From a bacterium (lineage in GTDB: Bacteria > JADJOY01), in NCBI GenBank assembly GCA_046331705.1, contig JAXLQJ010000005.1, forward strand, positions 186,001 to 250,000: 64,000 nt of DNA, in the 5' to 3' direction. Under the pieces are notes generated by a model. That model was not told the origin of the DNA. It searched no databases and saw nothing but the letters and a program-made list of their open reading frames with translations. The translations under genes and the position numbers were made by a program. Shown one piece after another: positions 1 to 9,537 of the stretch (its first letter is position 1; every line of letters starts with the position of its first letter).

Positions 1-1176
1 AGGAAAGATCGTGACCGAGGTCGCGCGCCACGCGCGCCCGCTCACGCCGCCGGTGGAGCGGAGCACGAAGCCGAGCGGGCCGACCGCGGGCACGCCGGCG
101 CGCTCGACTCGCTGGTCGCCGCAGCGAAGCCGCGCCTCGAAGGGGGCGGCCGGATCGAGGACCAACACGTTCGCGATCGTCGCTGCGTCGCTGGAAACAC
201 GCCAGCCGGTGAACGGCTCTCCATCGAGCGGCAGAGGAGCGTCCCCGCCGCGACCGTCGAGCACGGCGCGGCCACCGGCGCCCGTCAGCACCCGAAACGG
301 CGCCGCGTCCGCGCGCCACCAGCCGGAGAGCTCGATCGTGAGTCGACTCACCACGTAGTCGACGATCGCGGGCAGCTCGAGGCGCACGGGAAACGTGTAG
401 TGGTACGGGTAGAAACGCGCTTGCTGCGTGCTCTCGGCGGTGGTGCGACCGAAGGGTAACCGGACCCGGTAGCCGATCTCGCGCAGCACGACGATCGGGC
501 CGCCCTCGAGGTCGAGGAGCTCGGATACCAGATCGTCGCGATTGGTCTCGACGTCCACGCCGATCGCGATCAGCCGTGCCTGCGACGCGGACTCGAGACC
601 GGCGAAGACGTTCCGCCCATTCCCTCCGCAGCGGGGCATCACCGCCAGGGTCGCGAAGAGCGCGGGATCGTGCGCCTCGAACGCGATGTCGTAGCAGCGC
701 GCGGTGATGCGACGCGACTCGCGGGCGTAGAGCGTCGGCGCGAAATCGGCGCTCGCGTCCGATCCGACCGCATCCGGCGCCGTGCCGACGTAGAAGAAGC
801 CCCGCGCTTCGTCGAGTGGATCGCGCACGCGCACGGCGCGCAGGCCCGCCGCGCGGGCGGCGGGCGCCTCGCCGCCGATGCTCTCGGCGAGCACGACGGC
901 CGTCGGCACGGCACCCGGCAGCCGTTGCTGCGGCACCGCGATCCAGGCGTCGCCTTGGAACGCGAACACACGTTCTCCCGCACCGACCGGGGCGATCTCG
1001 ACGGGCTCGAAATAGCGCTCGGCGCGGATCGGCTCGAAGGAGGAGGAGGCCTCGCTCGTCGCGGCGCGCACGGACGGCGCGCTCGCGAGGCCGAGCGCGC
1101 CGAGCGCGCCGAGCACAGCGAGCAACGGGACGCCCGCAGCGGACGGCGCGCGCGGGCCACCGGCCCGCTCACTCAT
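1..1176 (-). CDS. Secreted hypothetical protein (partial; runs off the left end of the window)
   Basis: Manual translation from the ATG at 1176 (overlaps the stop of the PAP2 gene): MSERAGGPRAPSAAGVPLLAVLGALGALGLASAPSVRAATSE...; open to position 1 with GC3-rich codons and a signal-peptide-like N-terminus. Not in the ORF track because it has no stop in the window. Confidence 0.75.
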   Translation of the reverse strand, partial: MSERAGGPRAPSAAGVPLLAVLGALGALGLASAPSVRAATSEASSSFEPIRAERYFEPVEIAPVGAGERVFAFQGDAWIAVPQQRLPGAVPTAVVLAESIGGEAPAARAAGLRAVRVRDPLDEARGFFYVGTAPDAVGSDASADFAPTLYARESRRITARCYDIAFEAHDPALFATLAVMPRCGGNGRNVFAGLESASQARLIAIGVDVETNRDDLVSELLDLEGGPIVVLREIGYRVRLPFGRTTAESTQQARFYPYHYTFPVRLELPAIVDYVVSRLTIELSGWWRADAAPFRVLTGAGGRAVLDGRGGDAPLPLDGEPFTGWRVSSDAATIANVLVLDPAAPFEARLRCGDQRVERAGVPAVGPLGFVLRSTGGVSGRAWRATSVTIFP

Positions 1177-1825
1177 CCCAGCTCGCAACTCGCGCCGCCC
1201 GCCAGGCGCGCGCGGACGCGGCGAGCGAACGGCGGTAGACCAGCCACGCGAGCAGCGCGCCCGCCGGCACGTCCACCACGAAATGCCGCTTCACCAGCAC
1301 GGTGGAGACGGCGATCGCCGCCGTCGAGAGCCAGATCGGCGCGCGCCAGCGCGGGCAGGTGTCGTGGATGGAGAGCGCCGACCAGGTCGCGAGCGCCACG
1401 TGCAGGCTCGGAAAGGCGTTGAAGCCGTAGTCGGCGAAGAGCGCGTTCTTGCGGAGGATCCACTCGCCCGCGGCGTCCCCGAGCGGCGGATACGCCATCC
1501 GCGCCGGCAGCAGCACGAAGGTCGCGAAGCTCACGGCCAGCACCCCGGCGACCGCGCGTGTCGCCGTGACGAAGAGCCGCGCGTCGCGCGCCACGAGCGG
1601 TGGCAGCAGGATTTGGAGGTAGCAGAGCGCGTAGGCGTACGCCGCCGCCGGCACGTACGGCAACGCCGCATCGAGCGGCGTCGCGAGGTCGATTCCCGCA
1701 ACGCCGCCGCGCACCAGCAGTCTCGGGATGCCGAAGTAGCCGAGCCCGAAGAAGGTGGCGAGACCGATGCCCGCCGCGAGCGTGCGCGCACGACTGGGGC
1801 GGTCGCGCCGATCCGCGCCGCTCAG
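1169..1825 (-). CDS. PAP2-family membrane protein (PAP2_3 / AUR1-IPC-synthase-like phosphoesterase or phosphotransferase)
   Basis: Several hydrophobic helices; motifs NAFPSLHV and STVLVKRHFVVDV. Start uncertain: CTG at 1825 overlaps the bcp stop, while the ORF track extends to 1891. Confidence 0.75.
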   Translation of the reverse strand: MSGADRRDRPSRARTLAAGIGLATFFGLGYFGIPRLLVRGGVAGIDLATPLDAALPYVPAAAYAYALCYLQILLPPLVARDARLFVTATRAVAGVLAVSFATFVLLPARMAYPPLGDAAGEWILRKNALFADYGFNAFPSLHVALATWSALSIHDTCPRWRAPIWLSTAAIAVSTVLVKRHFVVDVPAGALLAWLVYRRSLAASARAWRAARVASWDE

Positions 1826-2289
1826 CCGCGGAGCTCCTCGAGCTTCGCCAGCACCTCGTCGACGTGGCCCGCGACCTTCACCTTGGGCCACGACGCGCGC
1901 ACGACACCCTTCGGATCGAGCAGCACGGTGCTGCGGATGATTCCCATCATGCTGCGCCCGTACATCTTCTTCTCGCCCCAGGCGCCGTAGGCCTCGATCA
2001 TCTGCTTGTCGGGATCGCTGAGCAGCGGGAACGGCAGCTTCTGCGCCGCCGCGAACTTCTCGTGGGACTTGATCGAGTCCGCGCTCACGCCGTAGACGAG
2101 CGCGCCCGCCTTCTCGACGCGTTTCCAGTTGTCGCGGAAATCACAGGCTTCGGTGGTGCAACCGGGGGTCGAGTCCTTCGGGTAGAAGTAGAGCACGGCC
2201 CACTTGCCGGCGAGATCCTTCTTGCCGACCGTGCCACCGGTGTGCGCTGCGAGCTTGAAGTCGGGTGCGGCCTTGCCCACTTCCACCAT
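1822..2289 (-). CDS. bcp: Peroxiredoxin Bcp/PrxQ (thioredoxin-dependent thiol peroxidase)
   Basis: YFYPKDSTPGCTTEACDFRD (PxxxTxxC with resolving Cys at +5), LPFPLLSD, RSTVLLD. Confidence 0.95.
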   Translation of the reverse strand: MVEVGKAAPDFKLAAHTGGTVGKKDLAGKWAVLYFYPKDSTPGCTTEACDFRDNWKRVEKAGALVYGVSADSIKSHEKFAAAQKLPFPLLSDPDKQMIEAYGAWGEKKMYGRSMMGIIRSTVLLDPKGVVRASWPKVKVAGHVDEVLAKLEELRG

Positions 2290-2382
2290 CGTCGATCCTC
2301 CCGGTTTCTGCGACCTCGATCGCGTCGTCTCTCGGCGGAGCTAAACCCGCCGGCCCGCGCCCCGCAAGCGCGTCGAGCCGCG

Positions 2383-5300
2383 TCAGCGGAACAGGAAGCG
2401 AAAGCGCACCTCGGCGCCGAAGGCCCCGTTCGATTGCGGCGTCGCCACCAGCAGCACGCGATCGAGAAGCTGATACTCGACGGCCACGGCGAGCGGCGCC
2501 TTGCCCTTGCCGCCGATCTCGTTGATGGCCCGCACGGTCATGCGATCGCCGAGCCGCTTGGCCACGCTCACGCGCGCGCCGCCGGTGGCGCTCTCCTCCA
2601 ACCCGAGCTCCTCGAGGCCGAGCGCTTCCTTCACCTTGTCGCCGCCCAGGAGGCTCACGGCCATGAGCGCGGGCCCCGTGATGCTGGTGCCGCCGGTGCC
2701 ACCCGACTGGAGCTCGGCCCGCGTCTTGCCGGTGGCGAGGAGGAAGACGATGTCGTCCTGCGGGTATTCCGGCGACGAGCTGAGCACCAACGCGAAGCCC
2801 TTGCTCACGGTACCGTCCAAGCTGATGAGCACGTCGACGCTGCCGCTGTCGCGGTCGATGGTGCTGCGCGTGACGATGTGGACGTCGGGATCGATCGCGA
2901 GGGGGTTCGAGAAGTCGATGGTCCCGGTGTCGAGGGCGAACGAGCGCCCGAAGAGCTTCACCGTGCCCTCGCCCACCCGCACTTGCCCGAGCACCTGCGG
3001 GCGCGCCGCCGTCCCTTTCACGTTCAGGTCGGCGGTCGCCGCCAGACGCGCGACGTTGTTGCGCACCAGCAGGTCCTCGCCGCTCGTCACCGCCACGTCG
3101 AGATGAATCGCGTCGAGGATCGCCGGAAGCTCGCTCGCCGAGGTGCGCGTCTTGCGACCGGGCGTCGCGATCGGCTTGATGACGTTCTGGAGAACCTCGA
3201 CGTCCCGTTCGTAGAGCGCCTCGTCGATCCGCACCTTGCCGGTCACGCGGAGGTCGTTGCGATCGCCAGCGACCGCGAGCCTACCGCTGGCCGCGGCGCG
3301 CACCGTCTTGGGCATGCGGTACGGCAGCGCGTGGAAGTCGATCTCGGATTCGGCGATCGAGACGTCTTCGAGGCTGCCGCTCGCCGACGCCGTGAGATCG
3401 CCGTCGCCCATTCGAAAGAACGCACGCGACAGGCTCCACGGCCGGCCGTCGAAGCGCGCCTCCACGCTCACGTCGCGCATCGCATCGGGGATGCCGCGGA
3501 TCGTCACCGAATCGACGCCCGCGGTTAGCACGCCGTGCACGTTCAGGTCGTCGCCGGCACGCACGATCCGACCGTCCCTGAGCACGATGCGGCCGCTGCC
3601 GATCTCGACTCCCTTGGCGACCCCATCGGCGAGCTTCGGGTCCAGCTCGAGCGCGACGTCGATCTCCTGCCGCGCGGGCGAGACGCGCCCGCCCACCTCC
3701 ACGAAGCCGTCGCCGAGCACGAGGCGCGCCCGATCGAGATCGAGCGTGCTGCCGTCGACGCGCGCGGTGCACGGCGCCGCCAGCGCGAGCTTCGCGTCCG
3801 CTCCCGCGATCTCGAACGCGTTCAACACCACGGTGCCCGACAGCGCCGCGGGGTCGTCGAGCGGTCCCGCGAGATCGGCATCGAAGGCCAGATAGCCGCT
3901 CGCGTCGCGGAACGGCGGCGGCAGCACGTCCTGGAAGCCCTTGAGCCCGGGGTCGAGCGGCAAGCGTCGCACGCGCGCCTGTGCCGAGAACCGTGATCCC
4001 GCGGCCAATCCGGTCTCCGCCGTGACCACGCCATCGCCAGGCAGCTTCACGCTGAGCGTGGCGTGCTGGCCATCGGCCTCGGCCTCGGCGACGAGATCGC
4101 CGATGGCGCGCTCGCGGAAGTAGAGATCGGTGGCGCTGATGTGCGCCTTGGCGACGGGTGCGCGCAGCGTGCCGCTGCTCGCCACCTGGATGTCGAGGGC
4201 ACCCGAGAGGTCCTGCTTGGTGAGGTCGCTCATCGCCTCGACGCGACCCCCTTCGCTGCGCAGGTTGAGGCCCAAGCGACCGTCGTGCTCGACGCTGCCG
4301 TACGCGACCAACCAGATGCCGTCGGCCGCCATGCGCACGTCGTTCACCCACACGTCGCCGCCGTCGAGCTTGACCAGGCCCGACATGTCCCAGAGCCGCC
4401 GGCCGTACGCGGTGGCCTCGCCACCGTCGATCCACAGCGTGCCGTAGAGCTTGGTGAGATCGCCCGCGGCGCCGAAGTCGAGCACGCGCAGATTCACGTC
4501 GATGGCGTTGCCCGGGGCGGGCGCGGGGGCAGCGGCTGGCGAGGACGCGTCCGCGGCGGCCGCGGCGACGGGCGCCGCCGACGCCCCCGGCACCAGCCGT
4601 ACCGCCAGGTCGCGACCGCTCACGAACGCCTTCGTCGCCGGGTCGCGAAGCGGTCCCTGGAACGACGCGCGAACCTCGAGCGAGCCCGAGCCCTGCGCCA
4701 GCATCGGCACGAACGGCCGCGCCACCGACACCACCTCGCCGAGAGCGAGCTTCCCCTCGACGTTCGCGTCGAGGGTGTGATCCTTGAGCCCCACGATGGC
4801 GCGTGCCGCGATGGTGCGATCGTCCAGGCCGGCGGCGGGCTGGCCGGCCGGCGTCAGCGGGACCAGCGCCAACGAGCCGTGGCCGTTCGCGCGTCCGCCC
4901 GCCAGCTCGATCTCGAACGGGGTGGTCTGGATCAGCGCCGCGCCATGGGCGCTCACCCGCAGCCCGTTCACCGTCGCCGCGCCATCCAGCTTGGTCAGGT
5001 CGGTGACGAGGCCACGCGCGCGGAAGCTCGCGTCCTCGATCGAGCCGTCGGCGTCGCGCGCGCCCACCAGCGCCAGGAACGGCTCGAGGTCGAGCTTGCG
5101 AATCGTGCCCGCCGCGTCCACCCGCAGCGAGTCGGTGTCGAACGTGCCTTTCGCCTCGATCGCGCTGCCGACGCCGAGCGCGACGTCGAGCTTCCCGAGC
5201 GTGCCGCCGGCGGTGAGCCAGCCGCCGCCCAGCGAGACTCCGGGGGCCGCGAGATCGTCGAAGGCGAGGCGCGCCTCGACGGCGTCGCCGTCGAGGCCGC

Positions 5301-6564
5301 CGTCGACGGCGAGCTTGGCGAGGCGCGCGCCGTGCAGCTCGGCCTCGGCGATCCCCGCCTTCGCCTGCAACCGCAGCGCGTCGAACGCGCCGGAAGCTCG
5401 CGCGTCGAGCGTGAGGCCCGCGCCGGTCAGCCCGATCCCGCCCGCCAGTGCGTCGGCGAGCGCGAGCGTTGGCGCCGATGCGCTCACCCGCACATCGGTG
5501 TTCGACCCGATCGCGTCGAAGCGACCCGCGGCATCGAAGGCGAGATCGCCGAAATGCCCCTTCACCGCCAGCTTCTCGTAGTCGGTGAACGAGCCCGAGG
5601 CCTGGCCTTCCAGCCCGAGGTCCTGACCGAGATACGCGCCGGAGAGCGAGGCGATGCCGATCGAGACTGCATCCGGCACCACGCCGTCGAGGGTGAGGTC
5701 GCCGGTGAGCGGCCCCGGCAGCTCGGGAACGTCGGCGAACGCCATCACGATCGGCTCCAGTCGCACGCGATCGAGATGCACCTTGGCGTGTGTCGCGAGG
5801 GTGAGCGGCTCGAAGGTGCCTTCGAGCACGTGCACGCCGCCTTCGGGGGTCGCGACGTCGACCCGCGCGACGCGCAGCACGTCGCCGTCGAGCGCCACGT
5901 CGATGGCGATGGGACCCACCTGGCCGCGCCCGTAGCGGGCCTCCACGATCCCGAGCTTGGCGTGCAGATCGGAGGGCTCGACCACGCCTCCCGCTTCCAG
6001 CGAGATCCCTTCGACCTCCAGATCGTCCCCGCCGCCGTGGTCGGCGAGCTCGAAATAGCCGTCGGCGAGATGGACCTCGCCCACCTCGATCCTGAGCGGT
6101 AGCGGCGGGATGAGATGGTCCTCGCCCGGAGGGATCGGCGGCTCCGGGATCTCCGGCTCGACCGGCGACGGCGCTCCCTTGCCCGGGGTGGGAGGCCACT
6201 GAAAGGTCCCGTCGTCGGCGAGGCCGAGGCGCACCCGCGGTTGCTCGATGGTCAGCGAGCGGACCCGCACGGCGAGCGGCGCGACGCTCGAGACCCGGTA
6301 TTCGAGGGCGAGCCGGCTCACGCGGATCCACGGCTCCTCGCCAGGCGTGCCGAAGGTGGCGTCGCGGATCTCGATGCGCCGCCCCAGATCGTGCGCCAGC
6401 AGGCCAACGTGCAGCTCGAACCCCACCAGCGGCAGCACCCGCGGCGCGAGCCAGGTGAGGAACGCGTCGTTGCCGAGCAGCACCGCGAGCAACGCGAGCA
6501 AGCCCGCGAACCCCAGCAAGAGCCAGGTCACGAGCCGCGCACCGCGGCGGAGCACGTTCTTCAT
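2383..6564 (-). CDS. tamB: Translocation and assembly module TamB-like protein (AsmA-like, DUF490-type C-terminus)
   Basis: About 1393 aa with an N-terminal TM anchor (MKNVLRRGARLVTWLLLGFAGLL), long Gly-rich beta-strand repeats and a C-terminal GT..RPQVLGQV..G.IDF...P.....L.SSP....DI..LL.TG region. TGATG coupling to the upstream Omp85 gene. Confidence 0.88.
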   Translation of the reverse strand: MKNVLRRGARLVTWLLLGFAGLLALLAVLLGNDAFLTWLAPRVLPLVGFELHVGLLAHDLGRRIEIRDATFGTPGEEPWIRVSRLALEYRVSSVAPLAVRVRSLTIEQPRVRLGLADDGTFQWPPTPGKGAPSPVEPEIPEPPIPPGEDHLIPPLPLRIEVGEVHLADGYFELADHGGGDDLEVEGISLEAGGVVEPSDLHAKLGIVEARYGRGQVGPIAIDVALDGDVLRVARVDVATPEGGVHVLEGTFEPLTLATHAKVHLDRVRLEPIVMAFADVPELPGPLTGDLTLDGVVPDAVSIGIASLSGAYLGQDLGLEGQASGSFTDYEKLAVKGHFGDLAFDAAGRFDAIGSNTDVRVSASAPTLALADALAGGIGLTGAGLTLDARASGAFDALRLQAKAGIAEAELHGARLAKLAVDGGLDGDAVEARLAFDDLAAPGVSLGGGWLTAGGTLGKLDVALGVGSAIEAKGTFDTDSLRVDAAGTIRKLDLEPFLALVGARDADGSIEDASFRARGLVTDLTKLDGAATVNGLRVSAHGAALIQTTPFEIELAGGRANGHGSLALVPLTPAGQPAAGLDDRTIAARAIVGLKDHTLDANVEGKLALGEVVSVARPFVPMLAQGSGSLEVRASFQGPLRDPATKAFVSGRDLAVRLVPGASAAPVAAAAADASSPAAAPAPAPGNAIDVNLRVLDFGAAGDLTKLYGTLWIDGGEATAYGRRLWDMSGLVKLDGGDVWVNDVRMAADGIWLVAYGSVEHDGRLGLNLRSEGGRVEAMSDLTKQDLSGALDIQVASSGTLRAPVAKAHISATDLYFRERAIGDLVAEAEADGQHATLSVKLPGDGVVTAETGLAAGSRFSAQARVRRLPLDPGLKGFQDVLPPPFRDASGYLAFDADLAGPLDDPAALSGTVVLNAFEIAGADAKLALAAPCTARVDGSTLDLDRARLVLGDGFVEVGGRVSPARQEIDVALELDPKLADGVAKGVEIGSGRIVLRDGRIVRAGDDLNVHGVLTAGVDSVTIRGIPDAMRDVSVEARFDGRPWSLSRAFFRMGDGDLTASASGSLEDVSIAESEIDFHALPYRMPKTVRAAASGRLAVAGDRNDLRVTGKVRIDEALYERDVEVLQNVIKPIATPGRKTRTSASELPAILDAIHLDVAVTSGEDLLVRNNVARLAATADLNVKGTAARPQVLGQVRVGEGTVKLFGRSFALDTGTIDFSNPLAIDPDVHIVTRSTIDRDSGSVDVLISLDGTVSKGFALVLSSSPEYPQDDIVFLLATGKTRAELQSGGTGGTSITGPALMAVSLLGGDKVKEALGLEELGLEESATGGARVSVAKRLGDRMTVRAINEIGGKGKAPLAVAVEYQLLDRVLLVATPQSNGAFGAEVRFRFLFR

Positions 6565-9506
6565 CAGAACGGGTATCCGAACGAGAAGTGGAAGCCGACG
6601 CCGTCCGGAGCGGCGCCCGCCACCACCGGATAGCCCACGTCGAGACGCAACGGCCCCACCGGCGAGCGCAGCCGAATGCCGGCACCGGCGCCGACCTGGA
6701 ACTTGTCGATCGTCGCAGCGGCGATCGTCCGCGTGATCTCGCCGGCGTCGACGAAGAGCGCGCCCTCGAGCAACCACACCAGCGGGAAACGCAGCTCCAG
6801 GTTCCCCAGCAAGCGCGCGCCGCCGCCGAGTGGCTTGCCGTTCGAGTCGAGTGGCCCGATGCGATCCTCCTCGAAGCCGCGCACGGTGCTCGTGCCACCG
6901 GTGAAGAGCAGCTCGGGAGTCGGCACGACGGTGGTCGAGCCGTAGAGATCCACGTCCGTGAAGCGCACCGAGGCCACCGCGACGATGCCGTCCGCGAGCG
7001 TCTGGTAACGGCGCGCCTGCAGGTCGTAGCGCACGAAGTTGTCGTCGCTGAGGTACGCCCGCGACGAGAGCCCGATGCTCACGGACGCGAACGTGCCGCG
7101 CGTGGGATAGAGCAGATCGTCGCGGGAGTCGTAGGCGAGCGAGGGCGTGAGCAGCAGCTCGCGCGAGGTGCCCGGCTCGGGGGCATCGGGATCGTCGGCG
7201 ACCACGTTGCTGGTGTCGGTGAGCTCGTAGCCCACCTCGAACGCGGCCGTCAGGTCCCAGGGCAACGCGCGGCTCACGCTGCCGCCGACCCGGATCGAGC
7301 GCTGGTCGAAGGCCTCGAGATCCGTGTCCGAGTACGCCCCCGAGAGCGCTCCCTTGAAGCTCGAGCCGAAGAGACGCGGATCGGAGAGCACCACGGTGCT
7401 GCCCTTGTCACGCTGGCCGTAGGTGCCGTTGACCGTGAGCTTCTTGGCGCGGTCGAAGAGATTGAGCTGGCGGAAGGTGAAGCGACCGGAGGCGCCGCGG
7501 TCGGTGTCGTAGCCGAACCCCAGGTCGAGCTCGGTGCGCGGCCGCTCGCGAACCTGGACCTTCACCGGCACGTCGATCGGCTCGACGACGGCATCCGCGT
7601 GAGCGCTCACGTCGAGGCCGACGGGTGCCACCTGGATGGCGTCGAAGACCTCGAGGTCGCGCACGTTCTTCTGGGTATCGGCCAGGCCGCCGGGGGTGAG
7701 CAGGGCGCCCGGCTCGAGGGCGAAGGCGCGTTTCACGACACCCTTGCGTGTCTCGTTCGCGCCCAAGAGCACCAGATCCGTCACGCGGTAGAGCGGCCCC
7801 GGCGCGATCCGAAACGCGACCTCGGCGGCGCCTTCGGTCGGCTCTCCGCCGCCGGCGATCGGAGTGGGGACCAGCTCCACCGAGGCCTCGACCCGTGCCG
7901 CCAGGTAGCCGACGCTCTGCAGCTCCTTCTCGAGCGCGGCGGCGACGGCGTCGACGTCGACGGTGCGATAGAGATCGCCGGTGGCGGCCGTGAGCTTCGC
8001 CGCCACGAGGTCCGCGATGTCGGCGCGGCTCCCTTCGATCGACACGGTGCCGATCCGGTAGAGGGGGCCACGGTCGACGGGAAAGACCGCGACCACTCCC
8101 TCGTCCACCGACTCCATCCGCGCGATGCCGACGGTGGCCTCGGCGAAGCCGACGGACTTGTAGTAGTCGATCAGCGCACCGCGATCTTCTTCCAGCAGCG
8201 CCGACTGCCAACGCGGCGCGAGCAGCAGCCAGCGCGAGCGACCGCTGCCCAGCGCGTCCTGCGGCTTTAGCGCGACGGGCGCAGCGGGCGCGACTCGACT
8301 CGCATCGGCCGGGGCCGCGACCGGGGGCGGCTCGGCGCGCTTGCGGACGAAGCGCCGGCAGTCCTCGGGGTTCGCGTCCTCCTCGGCGCCGATCGCCGGA
8401 TCGTCGATGCACACCGCCGCCAACGACCGCTCCGCGCCCTCGCGAATCGTGTAGCGGACCCGCACGTCGTCGTCGTGCTCGACGCGCTCCTTCGCGACCT
8501 CGACGCTCGGGAAGCCCTTCGACTCGTAGAGCGCGCGGATCGCCTCGGCACCCTCCTCGACGAGGAAGATGCCGTAGCCACCCTCGCGAGCGAATGGCAG
8601 CACCTCGCGGAGGTCGTCCTCGTCGATGCTCTCGTTGCCGCTGAGCTCGACCGAGAGCTTCTTCCCCTGCCGCACGGTCACCGCCAGCGGCACGTGACCG
8701 TCGGCGTCGGCCGGGCCGGGCACGGCGTCGACGTGGACCCGCACGTAGCCGAGCTCGCGGTAGCGCGCTTCCAGCTTCTCGACGCGCTTCGTGAGATCGT
8801 CGCGGGTGAAGAAGATCCACGGACGGAGCGCCGAGCCCACCTCGTCGTCGGAGAGCGCGCTCGAGCCCGTGACGGTGATGGCTCCCACGCGCGTGAGCGA
8901 GCCGCGGCTACAGGGATAACGGATCGAGATCTCGCCGCCGTCGTCCGCGGATTCGGCCGAGCAGGTCGAGCCCTGGAAGCCGTTTTGCTCCATCAGCTTC
9001 GCGACGCGTTCGGCTTCCGCCGGCAACAGGCTCGGGTCGAACGCGTCGCCGGCGCGCATGCGCAGCGCCTTGAGCGCATCGCGCTCGAAGACCGGGAAGA
9101 TCCCCGCGAACTCGATCTCGCGGACCACCGGCTGGCGCGTGAGATCGAGCACCAGCACGTCGCCCGCGGGGCTCGGCTCCACGTGGAGCTCGCTGTGGCC
9201 GATGATCGGCAGCGACGCGAGGAAACGGCGCACCGCCGCCTCGGCCGTCGCGTCGAAGGGCGCGGCCATGCGAACCGGCAGCGAGCGGCGGATCTGCTCG
9301 GTGGGGATGCCGACGTCGGCGTCGATCCGGACGTCGACGATGACCGGAGGCGGCGCGCTCGCCGTCGGCGCGGCGGGAGCCGTCGCCTCCTCGCCGGGCG
9401 GAGCGGGAGCGGGCGGCTCCGCGCGGGCAACGTCCGCGCCGAGGCACGCGAGCGCGAGAACCGCCAGCCCCGCCCAGACGCGGGGTTTCAGCAGCTCGGG
9501 CGCCAC
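6564..9506 (-). CDS. Omp85-family outer membrane protein (TamA/BamA-like) with multiple POTRA domains
   Basis: Signal peptide, repeated POTRA-like units (e.g. YRELGY, YESKGF, YYKSVGF, LQSVGY), barrel motifs YDSRDDLLYPTRG, GGTSTVRGF and SPVGPLRLD, C-terminal FHFSFGYPF. Start (GTG 9506) is approximate. Confidence 0.9.
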   Translation of the reverse strand: MAPELLKPRVWAGLAVLALACLGADVARAEPPAPAPPGEEATAPAAPTASAPPPVIVDVRIDADVGIPTEQIRRSLPVRMAAPFDATAEAAVRRFLASLPIIGHSELHVEPSPAGDVLVLDLTRQPVVREIEFAGIFPVFERDALKALRMRAGDAFDPSLLPAEAERVAKLMEQNGFQGSTCSAESADDGGEISIRYPCSRGSLTRVGAITVTGSSALSDDEVGSALRPWIFFTRDDLTKRVEKLEARYRELGYVRVHVDAVPGPADADGHVPLAVTVRQGKKLSVELSGNESIDEDDLREVLPFAREGGYGIFLVEEGAEAIRALYESKGFPSVEVAKERVEHDDDVRVRYTIREGAERSLAAVCIDDPAIGAEEDANPEDCRRFVRKRAEPPPVAAPADASRVAPAAPVALKPQDALGSGRSRWLLLAPRWQSALLEEDRGALIDYYKSVGFAEATVGIARMESVDEGVVAVFPVDRGPLYRIGTVSIEGSRADIADLVAAKLTAATGDLYRTVDVDAVAAALEKELQSVGYLAARVEASVELVPTPIAGGGEPTEGAAEVAFRIAPGPLYRVTDLVLLGANETRKGVVKRAFALEPGALLTPGGLADTQKNVRDLEVFDAIQVAPVGLDVSAHADAVVEPIDVPVKVQVRERPRTELDLGFGYDTDRGASGRFTFRQLNLFDRAKKLTVNGTYGQRDKGSTVVLSDPRLFGSSFKGALSGAYSDTDLEAFDQRSIRVGGSVSRALPWDLTAAFEVGYELTDTSNVVADDPDAPEPGTSRELLLTPSLAYDSRDDLLYPTRGTFASVSIGLSSRAYLSDDNFVRYDLQARRYQTLADGIVAVASVRFTDVDLYGSTTVVPTPELLFTGGTSTVRGFEEDRIGPLDSNGKPLGGGARLLGNLELRFPLVWLLEGALFVDAGEITRTIAAATIDKFQVGAGAGIRLRSPVGPLRLDVGYPVVAGAAPDGVGFHFSFGYPF

Positions 9507-9537
9507 CGACCGCCGCGTGACGCGCGCAGCGCGGGCA

